A stretch of DNA of 64,000 nucleotides from positions 448,001-512,000 of the forward strand of contig CAWHHI010000003.1 of the NCBI GenBank assembly GCA_963829055.1. Reading direction: 5' to 3'. Made by a program: the position numbers and the translations under genes. Shown here piece by piece: positions 53,596 to 63,626 of the stretch (positions within the stretch are counted from its first letter, which is position 1; the number at the start of each line of letters is the position of its first letter). The stretch comes from an uncultured Gemmatimonadaceae bacterium (GTDB taxonomy: Bacteria > Gemmatimonadota > Gemmatimonadetes > Gemmatimonadales > Gemmatimonadaceae). The notes below the pieces were generated by a model. The model was not told where the DNA came from. It did no database searches and saw nothing but the letters and a program-made list of their open reading frames with translations.

Positions 53596-54411
53596 GTGGC
53601 CAAAGTCGTAGCAATCGCAAACCAGAAAGGTGGTGTAGGGAAGACCACGACCGCGGTGAACCTCGCCGCGAGCCTAGCTGTCGCGGAACAGCGAACGCTG
53701 CTGATCGACGGCGATCCTCAGGGCAATGCGTCCAGCGGAATCGGGCTGGCTCGCGACGCCATACAGAAGACGATTTACGATGTGCTGATTGGATCGGCAA
53801 CGCTCGAGGAAGTCATCCACACCAGCGTCCAGTTCAAGCACCTCGACGTCGCACCGGCTAGCGCCGATCTCGCAGCAGCGGAGGTGGAACTCGTCGACCA
53901 GCCCCACCGCGAGCGCGCCATGCGCGATGCCATTACACCGATCAGGGACCGCTACGACTACATCCTCATCGACTGCCCGCCTTCGCTCGGATTGATAACA
54001 GTCAACATGCTCGCCGCGGCAGACACGATCCTCATTCCGGTGCAGTGTGAGTACTACGCGCTCGAGGGGCTCTCACAACTACTCAACACCGTTCATTTGG
54101 TCCAGCGCAGTGTCAATGAGCACCTGGGAATCGAAGGCGTCCTACTCACCATGTACGACGCCCGCCTGAACCTCTCAAGACAGGTGGCTGCAGACGCTCG
54201 GGAGTACTTCACCAATCAGGTGTTCGAAACGGTCATTCCGAGAAACATCCGTCTGGCAGAAGCCCCTAGCTTCGGCAAGCCTATCATCTTATACGACGTC
54301 GCCTCAATCGGCGCCCAGTCGTACATGAGCGTCGCCCGGGAGCTCATCGCCCGCAACTCGATTGACGCAGCCGCCACCGCCACTCCGGCTCCTGTCGAAC
54401 TGAATTCGTAA
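53596..54411 (+). CDS. parA: Chromosome partitioning ATPase
   Basis: NQKGGVGKTTT, DPQGNAS, DCPPSLG, CEYYALEGL, LAEAPSFG. Confidence 0.97.
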   Translation: MAKVVAIANQKGGVGKTTTAVNLAASLAVAEQRTLLIDGDPQGNASSGIGLARDAIQKTIYDVLIGSATLEEVIHTSVQFKHLDVAPASADLAAAEVELVDQPHRERAMRDAITPIRDRYDYILIDCPPSLGLITVNMLAAADTILIPVQCEYYALEGLSQLLNTVHLVQRSVNEHLGIEGVLLTMYDARLNLSRQVAADAREYFTNQVFETVIPRNIRLAEAPSFGKPIILYDVASIGAQSYMSVARELIARNSIDAAATATPAPVELNS

Positions 54412-54524
54412 CGCGCGACGCGGAAACAGCTTTAGGAACGACGCCCGCCAGCGGGACGGCACGCCAGAACACCCGTCCAATTCGCTGCCGCATCTGCAGC
54501 AAATCACCTTTCACCGTAGGGCCC

Positions 54525-55469
54525 ATGGCAGACAAGCCTCGGCGGCTCGGGCGCGGGTTGGAAGCGCTCCTCGGAACAACACCCGCCCCTTCCTCGCAGT
54601 CGGCGGCGACACCAGGAGCAGCGGTACAAGGCGCGGCCACGGCGGTTGTTCTCCCGGAATCTCCCTTACGGCAGATTCCGATCGAGCAGATTCGTCCGAA
54701 TCCGTTTCAACCGCGCAAGGAATTCCGCGAAGAGGACCTCGCACAACTCCAAGCGAGCATTGCCGCAACCGGTCTCCTGCAGCCGATAACCGTCCGTCGT
54801 GCCGACGACCACTTCGAGTTGATCGCTGGCGAGCGTCGCCTCCGGGCAGCTACGCGACTTGGGTGGGCCGAGATCCCCGCGATCGTGAAGGACTACGACG
54901 ACAAGGCGCTGCTCACGCTTGCCCTCGTCGAGAACCTGCAGCGAGCCGACCTCAACCCAATAGAGGAGGCGGAAGGTTACAGCCGCCTGGTCGCCGAGTT
55001 CGATCTGACGCAGCAGGAAGTCGCCGCGATTGTCGGGAAGGATCGCTCGACTGTGGCTAACTCTTTGCGGTTATTGAACTTACCTGCGCCTATACGGGAA
55101 ATGGTGCAGGCAAGCCGGCTCTCCGTTGGGCACGCGAGAGCTCTGCTCGCGATCCCGTCCGAGCGTGTGATGATCGACCTCGCGCGAGAGGCCGTAGCGA
55201 AGAATCTTTCGGTGCGCGACATCGAACGCAGAGTGAAACAGGCGACCACGTCGGCGCGTCCACCCAGTACCACGTCGGCGAAGACTGACACCGCACGCGT
55301 TGCCGAGATTCGACGAGTGACCGATCGCCTACGGCGACGGCTCCAGACCGATGTCACCGTCGACATCGACGACAAGGACCGGGGGCAGCTCCGCATCACG
55401 TTCTATTCGGCGGACGACCTGAATCGCTTGATCGAGCTCATTACCGGACACACGACCGAGGATCTGTAA
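54525..55469 (+). CDS. parB: Chromosome partitioning CTPase
   Basis: LGRGLEALL, NPFQPR, AGERR, ENLQRADL, HTH RSTVANSLRLL. Confidence 0.97.
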   Translation: MADKPRRLGRGLEALLGTTPAPSSQSAATPGAAVQGAATAVVLPESPLRQIPIEQIRPNPFQPRKEFREEDLAQLQASIAATGLLQPITVRRADDHFELIAGERRLRAATRLGWAEIPAIVKDYDDKALLTLALVENLQRADLNPIEEAEGYSRLVAEFDLTQQEVAAIVGKDRSTVANSLRLLNLPAPIREMVQASRLSVGHARALLAIPSERVMIDLAREAVAKNLSVRDIERRVKQATTSARPPSTTSAKTDTARVAEIRRVTDRLRRRLQTDVTVDIDDKDRGQLRITFYSADDLNRLIELITGHTTEDL

Positions 55470-55969
55470 TGCGACTTGGATTTCTGAACCGGCTCCGCAA
55501 CGGCTACGGGAACATTTACACGCCGCACGCTGGGTCGATGATCATCCAGGTCCAACGGGAAACGGGGCTCGCCAATCGCACGATCGTCATTAGCGAACGT
55601 CAGGTTGCACTGGTTCGCATCGTCGGCTCACGTATCGGTCTCATCACAGTCGCGCTCTTCGTGGGAAGCTGGCTTATGTTCGCCGTGCAGAGCGTACGTG
55701 TGCCGCTACTTTCGGGTCGTATCGCCGAACTCGAGCGCGACAACCGACGCATCGACTCGTTGCAGGTTGCCCTGTCACGCATGCACGGTCGTTACGAACA
55801 GGTTCGCCAGATGCTTGCCACTACCGGAGCCGCCATCACACGTCCGGAGTCACCGGCCGCGCCCCGGCCCGCACTGCCTAACGCGACATCAGGACAGACG
55901 CCTGCGCAGGCCGGCGCCCCAAGAACAACCCCACCCTCCATCGATTCGGCTGGACGCGCTGCCCCCTGA
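55469..55969 (+). CDS. Single-TM coiled-coil protein resembling the N-terminal half of M23 endopeptidases
   Basis: TAATG coupling to parB; cytoplasmic beta-hairpin-like head, TM, coiled coil, Pro-rich tail. Confidence 0.6.
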   Translation: MRLGFLNRLRNGYGNIYTPHAGSMIIQVQRETGLANRTIVISERQVALVRIVGSRIGLITVALFVGSWLMFAVQSVRVPLLSGRIAELERDNRRIDSLQVALSRMHGRYEQVRQMLATTGAAITRPESPAAPRPALPNATSGQTPAQAGAPRTTPPSIDSAGRAAP

Positions 55970-56022
55970 GTTTTCTGAACGCACCACTGGCTGAACGCCC
56001 GTCACCGCCGTAGGTATCTGCA

Positions 56023-56484
56023 ATGTCGATCTTCACGAAGCCGACAACCGAGAAGGTTCCGATGCGCAACGATTCTCCCAGTCCGGAAGCCGGACTCTCC
56101 GTGATCGCCTCAGGCATGAAGATCGTGGGGGACATCGAGAGCACCGGTGTCTTGAAGATCGAGGGCGTCGTGGAAGGCGCAGTCCGCGGCGCCCGACAGC
56201 TGCTGCTCGGACGCCAGGGCACCGTGCACGGCGACATTCGCGCGCACGAGGTTGTGATCGGCGGCACGGTGGTCGGAACGATCGTGGCCGACGAGCGAGT
56301 CGAGATTCAGGGAACGTCGAGCGTTAAGGGCGACATCCACACGAAATCGATCGTCGTGCTCGAGGGCGGTGTCATCAACGGCACGGTACGGATGGGAGAG
56401 CAGGCGGCACGCGATGCCGCACGGGAAGTGAAGGACACACCCGTTGAGAGTCTGCCGCGACCGGGACTGGCACTCCGGCAGTAG
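56023..56484 (+). CDS. Bactofilin (polymer-forming cytoskeletal protein)
   Basis: SVIASGMKIVGDI..LKIEGVVEG..VHGDI..VIGG..VKGDI..LEGGVING beta-helix repeats. Confidence 0.93.
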   Translation: MSIFTKPTTEKVPMRNDSPSPEAGLSVIASGMKIVGDIESTGVLKIEGVVEGAVRGARQLLLGRQGTVHGDIRAHEVVIGGTVVGTIVADERVEIQGTSSVKGDIHTKSIVVLEGGVINGTVRMGEQAARDAAREVKDTPVESLPRPGLALRQ

Positions 56485-56575
56485 GACCAGCGAAGTCGGG
56501 CGGGCGACTGGTTATTTCGCACCAGCACCGCGACAATTGGAGGACAGCCTGCCCTGTCCTCCCTGAGTTCTGCCT

Positions 56576-57628
56576 ATGACCGTGAACCGTGCTCGGCGTC
56601 GTGGGTCCTTCATTGGCCTCACGCTGGTGTTTGTGGGGCTTGTGGCGTGTGATAACAACGCCCGCTCGACACGCGATTCATCGGTAGGCCAACAGCCTCC
56701 GACGGGGACGAAAGCGTTTCGCGTCGCGCTGCTCACGCCCGGCCCCATCTCCGACCGCTCATGGAACGGCGGAGCGTATGACGGTCTGATCGCGCTCCGT
56801 GACTCGTTAGGCGCACAGATCAGCCACGTGCAGACCAAGACGCCCGCCGAGTTCGAGGAGAATTTTCGCCAGTACGGTGCCCAAGGTTACGACCTCGTCA
56901 TCGGTCACGGCTTCGAATTTCAGGACGCCGCCGTGCGGGTGGCACCCGCGTTCCCGAAGACGATCTACGTCACGACGTCTGGCACTACGGTCCGGGCGAA
57001 CGTCGCGGGGATTCAATTCGCGTTCGACGACGGCGCGTACCTCGCCGGCATTCTCGCGGCAGGGATGACGAAATCCGGCACGATCGGCGTGATCGGTGGT
57101 ACCGAGTTGCCGCCCGTGAAGCAAAGCTTCGTGGCATACGCCGCCGGCGCTCGTTCAGCCAGTCCGAAAGTTCGCGTCGTCGTGTCGTACGTCGGCAACT
57201 GGGATGACATCAGCGCAGGCAAGGAGCAGGCGATTGCCCAGATCGGCCAAAAGTCGGACGTGCTCTTCCAGAACGCTGACGCCGCCGGCCTCGGTGTGTT
57301 TCAGGCGGCTCGTGAATCCGGTTCGACCTACGTCATTGGGTCGAACTCCGACCAGAACGCGGTCGCGCCAGAGGTGACAATCGCCAGCGTCGTGATCGAT
57401 CTGCGGCACGCGTTCCTGCTCGTCGCCAGCGAAATCAAGGAACGCCGATTCACCCCGCGTGTGATATCGCTCGGCATTCCCGAGAATGTCGTTAGGCTGG
57501 CGATCAATCCGGCGCTGCGGGCACGGATTCCCGCTCCGGTCCAGGCAACCATCGACTCGGTACAGCGGCGGTTGTTCGACAGATCGCTGCGCATCATGGA
57601 CTCCACGGGTACCGCCTCGCCTCCATGA
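56576..57628 (+). CDS. BMP-family nucleoside ABC transporter lipoprotein
   Basis: Lipobox LVAC; DRSWN, GHGFEF, YLAGILA, DQN. Confidence 0.9.
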   Translation: MTVNRARRRGSFIGLTLVFVGLVACDNNARSTRDSSVGQQPPTGTKAFRVALLTPGPISDRSWNGGAYDGLIALRDSLGAQISHVQTKTPAEFEENFRQYGAQGYDLVIGHGFEFQDAAVRVAPAFPKTIYVTTSGTTVRANVAGIQFAFDDGAYLAGILAAGMTKSGTIGVIGGTELPPVKQSFVAYAAGARSASPKVRVVVSYVGNWDDISAGKEQAIAQIGQKSDVLFQNADAAGLGVFQAARESGSTYVIGSNSDQNAVAPEVTIASVVIDLRHAFLLVASEIKERRFTPRVISLGIPENVVRLAINPALRARIPAPVQATIDSVQRRLFDRSLRIMDSTGTASPP

Positions 57629-58398
57629 CCGATCTGGCGACAATCGCCCGACACCTGGACGGTCTGCTCGAGACGCAGTCGATCCCTGACTACCCTGGTG
57701 CCCTGAACGGTGTTCAACTGTCGAACCGCAGTGCGATCAGTCGCATCGCGGCTTCGGTCGACGTCTCGAAGCGCGTAATCGACAGCGTGATTCGAGCCGA
57801 GGCGAACTTGCTGCTGGTGCACCACGGAATGTTCTGGGGCGGCGCACAGCCCATCACAGGAGCGGCGTACGACCGTTTGCGCCTGCTGCTCGAGCACGAT
57901 GTCGCGGTGTACTCGTCACATCTCCCGCTCGACGCTCACCCCACGCTGGGCAACAACGTGCTGTTAGCACGGACCCTCGGGCTCGAGCCTAACGCGGGGT
58001 TCGCGCGCTATCGAACCATCGACGTCGGCGTACGCGGAGACGCCGACGAGGACACCACGGAGCTGTGGCGACGCGCCGACGCGTTCGCGCGGTCGCACGG
58101 CGGGATCGCCCGGTCCACCATCATCCCGGCGAGTCATCGCACACGCCGATGGGCGGTCTGTACCGGCGCGGGCGCATCATCCGACACGTTGCTCGAGGCC
58201 CAGACGTTGGAGATCGACACGCTGATCGTCGGCGAAGGGCCGCACCATACCGCAGTCGCGGCAGATGACATTGGCCTCGTCGTCATATACGCGGGGCACT
58301 ACGCGACCGAGACACTCGGCGTTCGGGCGCTCGCCGGCCATCTCACGACAACCTTCGGCATCCCCTCGACGTTCATCGCGGCGCCGACCGGATTGTGA
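57625..58398 (+). CDS. Nif3/YbgI (DUF34) dinuclear metal protein
   Basis: NGVQ, LVHHG, HLPLDAHP..GNN, AGHYATE. Confidence 0.92.
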   Translation: MTDLATIARHLDGLLETQSIPDYPGALNGVQLSNRSAISRIAASVDVSKRVIDSVIRAEANLLLVHHGMFWGGAQPITGAAYDRLRLLLEHDVAVYSSHLPLDAHPTLGNNVLLARTLGLEPNAGFARYRTIDVGVRGDADEDTTELWRRADAFARSHGGIARSTIIPASHRTRRWAVCTGAGASSDTLLEAQTLEIDTLIVGEGPHHTAVAADDIGLVVIYAGHYATETLGVRALAGHLTTTFGIPSTFIAAPTGL

Positions 58399-59835
58399 GC
58401 GACGCCGCGCCAGCGCTTGCACTCGAGCACATTGGCAAGCGCTTCGGCACCGTCGAGGCGTTGAACGATGCCACGTTGACTGTGCGTGCCGGCACGGTGC
58501 ACGCCCTGCTCGGTGAGAACGGGGCGGGAAAGACAACGCTGATGAGGATCGCCTACGGCATGGAATCGGCGGAGCGGGGCACTGTGCGCATCGATGGGCG
58601 CCCCGTTCGTCTGAGGTCACCCGCTGACGCGATCGCCGCCGGCGTCGGGATGGTCCATCAGCACTTCACGCTCGTCCCCGCTATGACGGTAGCCGAGAAC
58701 ATCGCGTTAGGCGACCGCGGCCGATTCGATTCAGGGCAGGCAGCAGAGCGGGTCCGTGACCTCAGCCAGGCGTCGGGGTTCCCGTTGGACCCGGACGCGC
58801 GGGTTCGCGACCTGGCGGTGAGTGCGCAACAGCGCGTCGAGCTCCTGAAAGTCCTTTCCCGCGACGCGCGAATATTGATTTTCGACGAGCCCACAGCCGT
58901 CCTCGCTCCCGCCGAGGCCGATGACCTGCTCCGCCAGTTGCGTCGCCTGGCCGCCGACGGTCGCGCGATCATTCTGATCACGCACAAACTGCGAGAGGCA
59001 ATGAGAGTCGCGGATGACGTCACCGTCCTGCGACGAGGTAGCACAACGCTCTCTAGATCGCGCGCCGGCGTCGACGAGAACCAGCTCGTCGAAGCGATGC
59101 TCGGTCAGCGCGACATTGGCGGCGTACTCACCAGGACCAGCGCCACTGCGGGTAGCGCGGTGATTGCGGCGCGTGACGTGGAGATCGCCGATGACAAGGG
59201 AATCGCACGAGTGCGCGGTGCAACGTTCAGTATCCAGCAGCGGAGAAATCGTCGGCGTCGCTGCCGTGGAAGGGTCCGGTCACCGAGAGCTCCTCCGCGC
59301 GATCGCCCGTCGGCTACCGATACGGGCTGGTCGGCTCGAGCTCCCATCGGTTGTCGGATTCGTTCCGGACGACAGGCACCGGGACGCATTGGTCCTCGCA
59401 ATGTCGCTCTCTGAGAACTTCGCACTGAACGGTGCAGGCACTCGCGACGGGGTGATCCGATGGGGCGACGTCGCGCGGACGACGCGGAAGATCATTGAGG
59501 AATTCGACGTACGCGCCAGCGACGAGAGCATCGCTGCCGGCACGCTGTCCGGCGGCAATCAGCAGAAATTCGTCCTCGGGCGCGAGCTCCACGGTCCTCC
59601 GCCGGCCTTGGTCGCGGAAAATCCAACGCGGGGGCTCGACATCAGGGCATCCGCTTTCGTCAGAGATCGCCTCGTCCGCGCTGCCGCCAGTGGCGTCGCT
59701 GTCGTCCTGCACTCCGCGGATCTCGATGAAGTCGTCTCCATCGCCGATCGAATGCTCGTCGTGTATGGCGGTACCGTCCGAGAGGTCCCGGTCGACGTGG
59801 ACGTGGTTGGTCGGGCGATGCTTGGAGCGGCGTGA
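58395..59835 (+). CDS. Nucleoside/sugar ABC transporter double-domain ATPase (frameshift near 59240)
   Basis: GENGAGKTT, GMVHQHF, DEPTAVL; then LSGGNQQKF, NPTRGLD in the second frame. Confidence 0.9.
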
Positions 59836-61046
59836 CCGGAGCGAACGCTCGTAGCCGCGCACGGCCTCAATTGGTGGTGCTGTCGGTAGCAATGGTGCTC
59901 GGTATGACGCCCTGGTTCAGCGCAACTGTCGCCGCGCCAGGCATGATTGCTGAGTGGCGCGTAGGAACGAGCACGACGGCATGGCTGACGATCGCCGTAC
60001 AGCTCGGCTTCGTTGCGGGGACGTGCGTGAGCGCCATCATGCTCATTAGCGATCGATTTAGCCCTCGCCACCTCGCTGCCGTTTCAGCGATGCTGGCCGG
60101 AATAGCTACAGCGACGCTTGCGTGGCGGCATACTGGTCCGACACTGGCCGTTGTCCTACGAGGGATTACTGGTGTGGCGCTCGCCGGTGTCTACCCACCC
60201 GGAATCAAGATCGCGGCAGGATGGTCTCGGTCGAGGCGTGGTACCGCGATCGGAATTCTGGTCGGCGCCCTCACGATCGGTTCGGCGGCCCCGAACCTGT
60301 TCCGCTTGGTGGTGCCTGCCGAGGAGTGGCGCTGGATTGTACTCGCGGCTGCATTTGCAGCGCTGCTGTCAGCCGCAGTCTTCGCATTCGCGATACGCGA
60401 GGGCCCCTTTCAGGCGTCATCAGCACCGTTCGATCCCTCCGCACTGCCCAGTGTATTGCGCGATCGTGGCGTGTTACTGGCTACTGGCGGCTATCTCGGC
60501 CACATGTGGGAGCTGTACGCAATGTGGAGCTCGATGGGGGCGTTCTGGGGATATGTCGCTTCGCGGCACGCGGTGACTCCGTTGGTTGCGGCCGCACTCG
60601 CGTTTTTCAGCATAGCCGCAGGAGCCGTAGGATGTGTGATAGCTGGCGTGGCGGCCGATCGTCTTGGCCGACCGCTCGTGACGATCCTGGCGATGGCGGT
60701 CAGCGGCAGTTGCGCCCTGCTCATTGGCTCGCTCATTAGCAGACCGCTCTTTCTGGTAGCGGTAGTCGCGATGGTTTGGGGGGCGTCGATCGTAGCGGAT
60801 TCGGCGCAATTCTCTGCTGCCGTAACCGAGCTTGCGCCGACTCGCTACGTAGGAACAGCGATCACGTTGCAGACGAGTCTCGGGTTCCTGCTGACGATCG
60901 TGACAATTCGACTGGTGCCGATCTGGGCCGATTCATGGGGTTGGGAGCGAGCGTACATGCCGCTCGCGATTGGGCCGGGACTCGGCATTCTGTCGATGTG
61001 GCGACTACGACGACGATCGGCGGCAGCCGTGCACGAGCAGACATGA
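59832..61046 (+). CDS. MFS transporter
   Basis: About 12 TMs; GHMWELYAMW, ADRLGR, ADSAQFSA. Confidence 0.9.
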   Translation: MTGANARSRARPQLVVLSVAMVLGMTPWFSATVAAPGMIAEWRVGTSTTAWLTIAVQLGFVAGTCVSAIMLISDRFSPRHLAAVSAMLAGIATATLAWRHTGPTLAVVLRGITGVALAGVYPPGIKIAAGWSRSRRGTAIGILVGALTIGSAAPNLFRLVVPAEEWRWIVLAAAFAALLSAAVFAFAIREGPFQASSAPFDPSALPSVLRDRGVLLATGGYLGHMWELYAMWSSMGAFWGYVASRHAVTPLVAAALAFFSIAAGAVGCVIAGVAADRLGRPLVTILAMAVSGSCALLIGSLISRPLFLVAVVAMVWGASIVADSAQFSAAVTELAPTRYVGTAITLQTSLGFLLTIVTIRLVPIWADSWGWERAYMPLAIGPGLGILSMWRLRRRSAAAVHEQT

Positions 61047-61125
61047 TCTGTTGTTCGGCGGAGTTTCATCGTGTTGAACGTGGTGCGCTGTTGCCTGGCA
61101 TCAGCGCACCACGTTATTCATCGCC

Positions 61126-61566
61126 ATGAGTCGCACGCCGTCGCCTGGTATCGAGGACAAAGGGAGCGTCACGGCGAAGCGCCGGTCGCGTTGGCGGCCG
61201 TGGTTGCTGCTTCTCGCGTTCAGCGTGGCATGGAAGGTCGTCGTGCTCACGCTCGGTGCTGCGATGCCCCATTGGGTGATCGACGATGGGTTGGAGCACA
61301 TCCCGATCGCGATGCAGCCCTACGCAACCCAGGCGCGAGCGACCGCCGTCGCTCTCTGGAGCAACCCGATCGAGCGGAGCACGCTCGTCCGATTGGTCCG
61401 CGTGGTGAGTGTGGACAGCGCGACGGGAGGAGATTCGGCCCGCGGCTGTGGCGGGATGAGCGCGCGGGTTCGCGCGTATACCTTCTTCGCCATTCCGTAC
61501 TCCGAAGTACGGACCGTGTGCGACAAGGGTATCGTGGAGTATCGAGTGTTCCGTCGCCGGCAGTAA
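61126..61566 (+). CDS. Hypothetical membrane-anchored protein
   Basis: TM helix, Cys pair, RAYTFFAIPY; TAATG coupling to the next gene. Confidence 0.6.
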   Translation: MSRTPSPGIEDKGSVTAKRRSRWRPWLLLLAFSVAWKVVVLTLGAAMPHWVIDDGLEHIPIAMQPYATQARATAVALWSNPIERSTLVRLVRVVSVDSATGGDSARGCGGMSARVRAYTFFAIPYSEVRTVCDKGIVEYRVFRRRQ

Positions 61567-62679
61567 TGGCCGACTCGGTGCGGCGGGTGATGATTCGAGC
61601 TGCTCGCACCCTTGTGGCGGGCCTGGCGTTGATGTCCGCGATTGCGGGCCTGGTCGCGATCCTCTGTGTTGTCAGCGGGTATGATCCGCTGCGTGCCCTC
61701 GATGCCCTGTGGCGCGGGTCGTTAGGCTCCCGGTACGCTGTGCTGTCAGCTACGCTCGTGCGCGCGACGCCGCTGATCCTCACCGGCCTGTCGGTCACGC
61801 TCGCGTTCACCGCGGGGGTGATGAACATCGGCGCCGAGGGCCAGCTGCTTGCCGGCGCAACCGCCACGACCGCCGTCGCCATGGTGGCCGGGCGATCGCC
61901 GAGTTGGCTCGCGCTGCCACTCTCGCTCGTTGCTGGAGGGCTGGCGGGGGCGGCATGGGCGTACATTCCGGCTTGGTTGCGTCGCCGGTTCGGGGTGCTC
62001 GAGGTGATCAGCACGATCATGATGAACTTCGTCGCACTCAATCTGGTAGGCTATCTGGTTCGCGGTCCGTTGCAGGAGCCGCTTCGCATATACCCGCAGA
62101 GCGCTTCGTTCCCAGAAAGCACGCGCCTCCCAATCCTCGTAGGAGGAACCCGGCTGCATCTCTGGCTTCGGTATCGCGCTCACGGCGGCCGCGGTCATGT
62201 GGTGGGCGCTTCGATTCACGGCGGCAGGCTTTCGCGTGAGAGTGTTAGGCGGGAGCCCTGACGCCGCGCGGAGCGCCGCGTTGATCGATGCTGGCAAGAC
62301 GGCAATGCGCGCGTTTCTCCTGAGTGGCTTTCTTGCCGGCCTCGCTGGCGCCGTAGAGGTGACGGGGGTCACGTACTCGCTCTACGAGAACCTGTCACCC
62401 GGCTATGGCTACACAGCCATCGCGGTCGCGCTGATCGGGTCGCTGAATCCGGTGCTGACCGCGTTCAGCGGGATCTTGTTCGGTGCGCTGGAGGCTGGCG
62501 CGTCCGCGATGCAGCGGGATGCCGGAGTGCCTTCCGTGCTCGCGACCGTAGTCGAGGCGTCGGTGCTTCTGCTCCTCATCGGTCTCGGTGCCGTGCGCGC
62601 CCCGTTCTCACGCTGGCGTCATTCGCGCGCCGCGAAAGTCGAGTCCCGGGAGCGGGCGCCGATCCCCGAGCCACTGTGA
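61566..62679 (+). CDS. Nucleoside ABC transporter permease (frameshift near 62165)
   Basis: ATPLILTGL, NIGAEGQ, EVISTIMMN; GYGYTAIAVAL in the second frame. Confidence 0.88.
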
Positions 62680-63581
62680 CAGACACGATCGGGCCATTTC
62701 TGGACGCGACGATCCGGACCGCGACGCCACTCGCGCTTGCAGCGTTAGGCGAAACCGTCGTGGAGCGCGCCGGGATGATCAACATCGGCCTCGAGGGCAC
62801 GATCATCGCGGGAGCATTCGGTGCAGTTGTCGCCGCCGCGTTGCTCGGGGCTGCGGGGGCCTTGGTAGCCGCCGTAGCCGCCGGGGTTCTCACCGCCATC
62901 GTCCTCGGTCTCTTCATCGTGGCGATGCGGACAGATCAGATTGTCGCCGGCACAGCGCTCACACTCCTGGCGCTCGGCGTGACGGGACTGCTCTACCGAA
63001 CGACGTTTGGGACGACGGGCGTTGCTTTGACGATTCCGACGGCCGGTGCAGTCGCGATACCACTATTGGCATCCATTCCAGTAGTCGGACGCGCGCTGTT
63101 CGCGCAGCCAGTCACGACGTATGTCGTGTACTTGACTGTCCCATTGCTGGCCTGGTGGCTGTCGCGCACGCACGCCGGGTTATCGCTTCGCGCCGTAGGC
63201 GAGAACCCCGCCGCCGCGATTGCGGCGGGCATATCGCCCGACCGCGTGCGGTGGCTTGCGCTCCTGTTCGGCGGGGCGTTAGGCGGATTGAGCGGAGGGA
63301 CGCTCGTCATCGCGCAGGTTGGGACGTTCGCCGAAGGGATGTCGGCCGGTCGTGGATTCATCGCCATCGCGATCGTCGCCTTGGGCCGCTGGTCGCCGGT
63401 TGGCGTGGCGATCGCGGCGATGCTATTCGGGGCAGCGAGCGCGCTGCAGTTCGTCTTTCAGTCGCTCGGGTGGACGCTCCCGTACCAACTCTTTCTCGCG
63501 CTTCCCTACGTGCTGACGCTCTCGGCGCTCGCCGGCGTTACGGGGCGCAGCGGGCCGCCTGCCGCACTCGGCCGCCGGTAG
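62676..63581 (+). CDS. Nucleoside ABC transporter permease
   Basis: ERAGMINIGLEG, RAVGENP, GRGFIAIA, LPYVLT, PAALG. Confidence 0.92.
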   Translation: MTDTIGPFLDATIRTATPLALAALGETVVERAGMINIGLEGTIIAGAFGAVVAAALLGAAGALVAAVAAGVLTAIVLGLFIVAMRTDQIVAGTALTLLALGVTGLLYRTTFGTTGVALTIPTAGAVAIPLLASIPVVGRALFAQPVTTYVVYLTVPLLAWWLSRTHAGLSLRAVGENPAAAIAAGISPDRVRWLALLFGGALGGLSGGTLVIAQVGTFAEGMSAGRGFIAIAIVALGRWSPVGVAIAAMLFGAASALQFVFQSLGWTLPYQLFLALPYVLTLSALAGVTGRSGPPAALGRR

Positions 63582-63626
63582 CGTGTTCGTGCAGTCCACG
63601 TGCCGAAGCTGGCGGATGCCTAACGC

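Larger units (their letters stand above)
737..63625. repeat. Dispersed over-represented octamer GCCTAACG/CGTTAGGC
   Basis: Hand count: 36 perfect copies (17 plus, 19 minus) and about 13 variants keeping CCTAAC; positions listed in the findings. Confidence 0.85.

Noticed and set aside
59230..59250. Programmed ribosomal frameshift in the ABC ATPase
   Set aside because: No slippery heptamer; one of many indel-like breaks in the window.
737..63625. Telomere-like TTAGGC/TTAGGG repeats or a CRISPR array
   Set aside because: Copies are isolated 8-mers inside genes, neither tandem nor regularly spaced; no cas genes.
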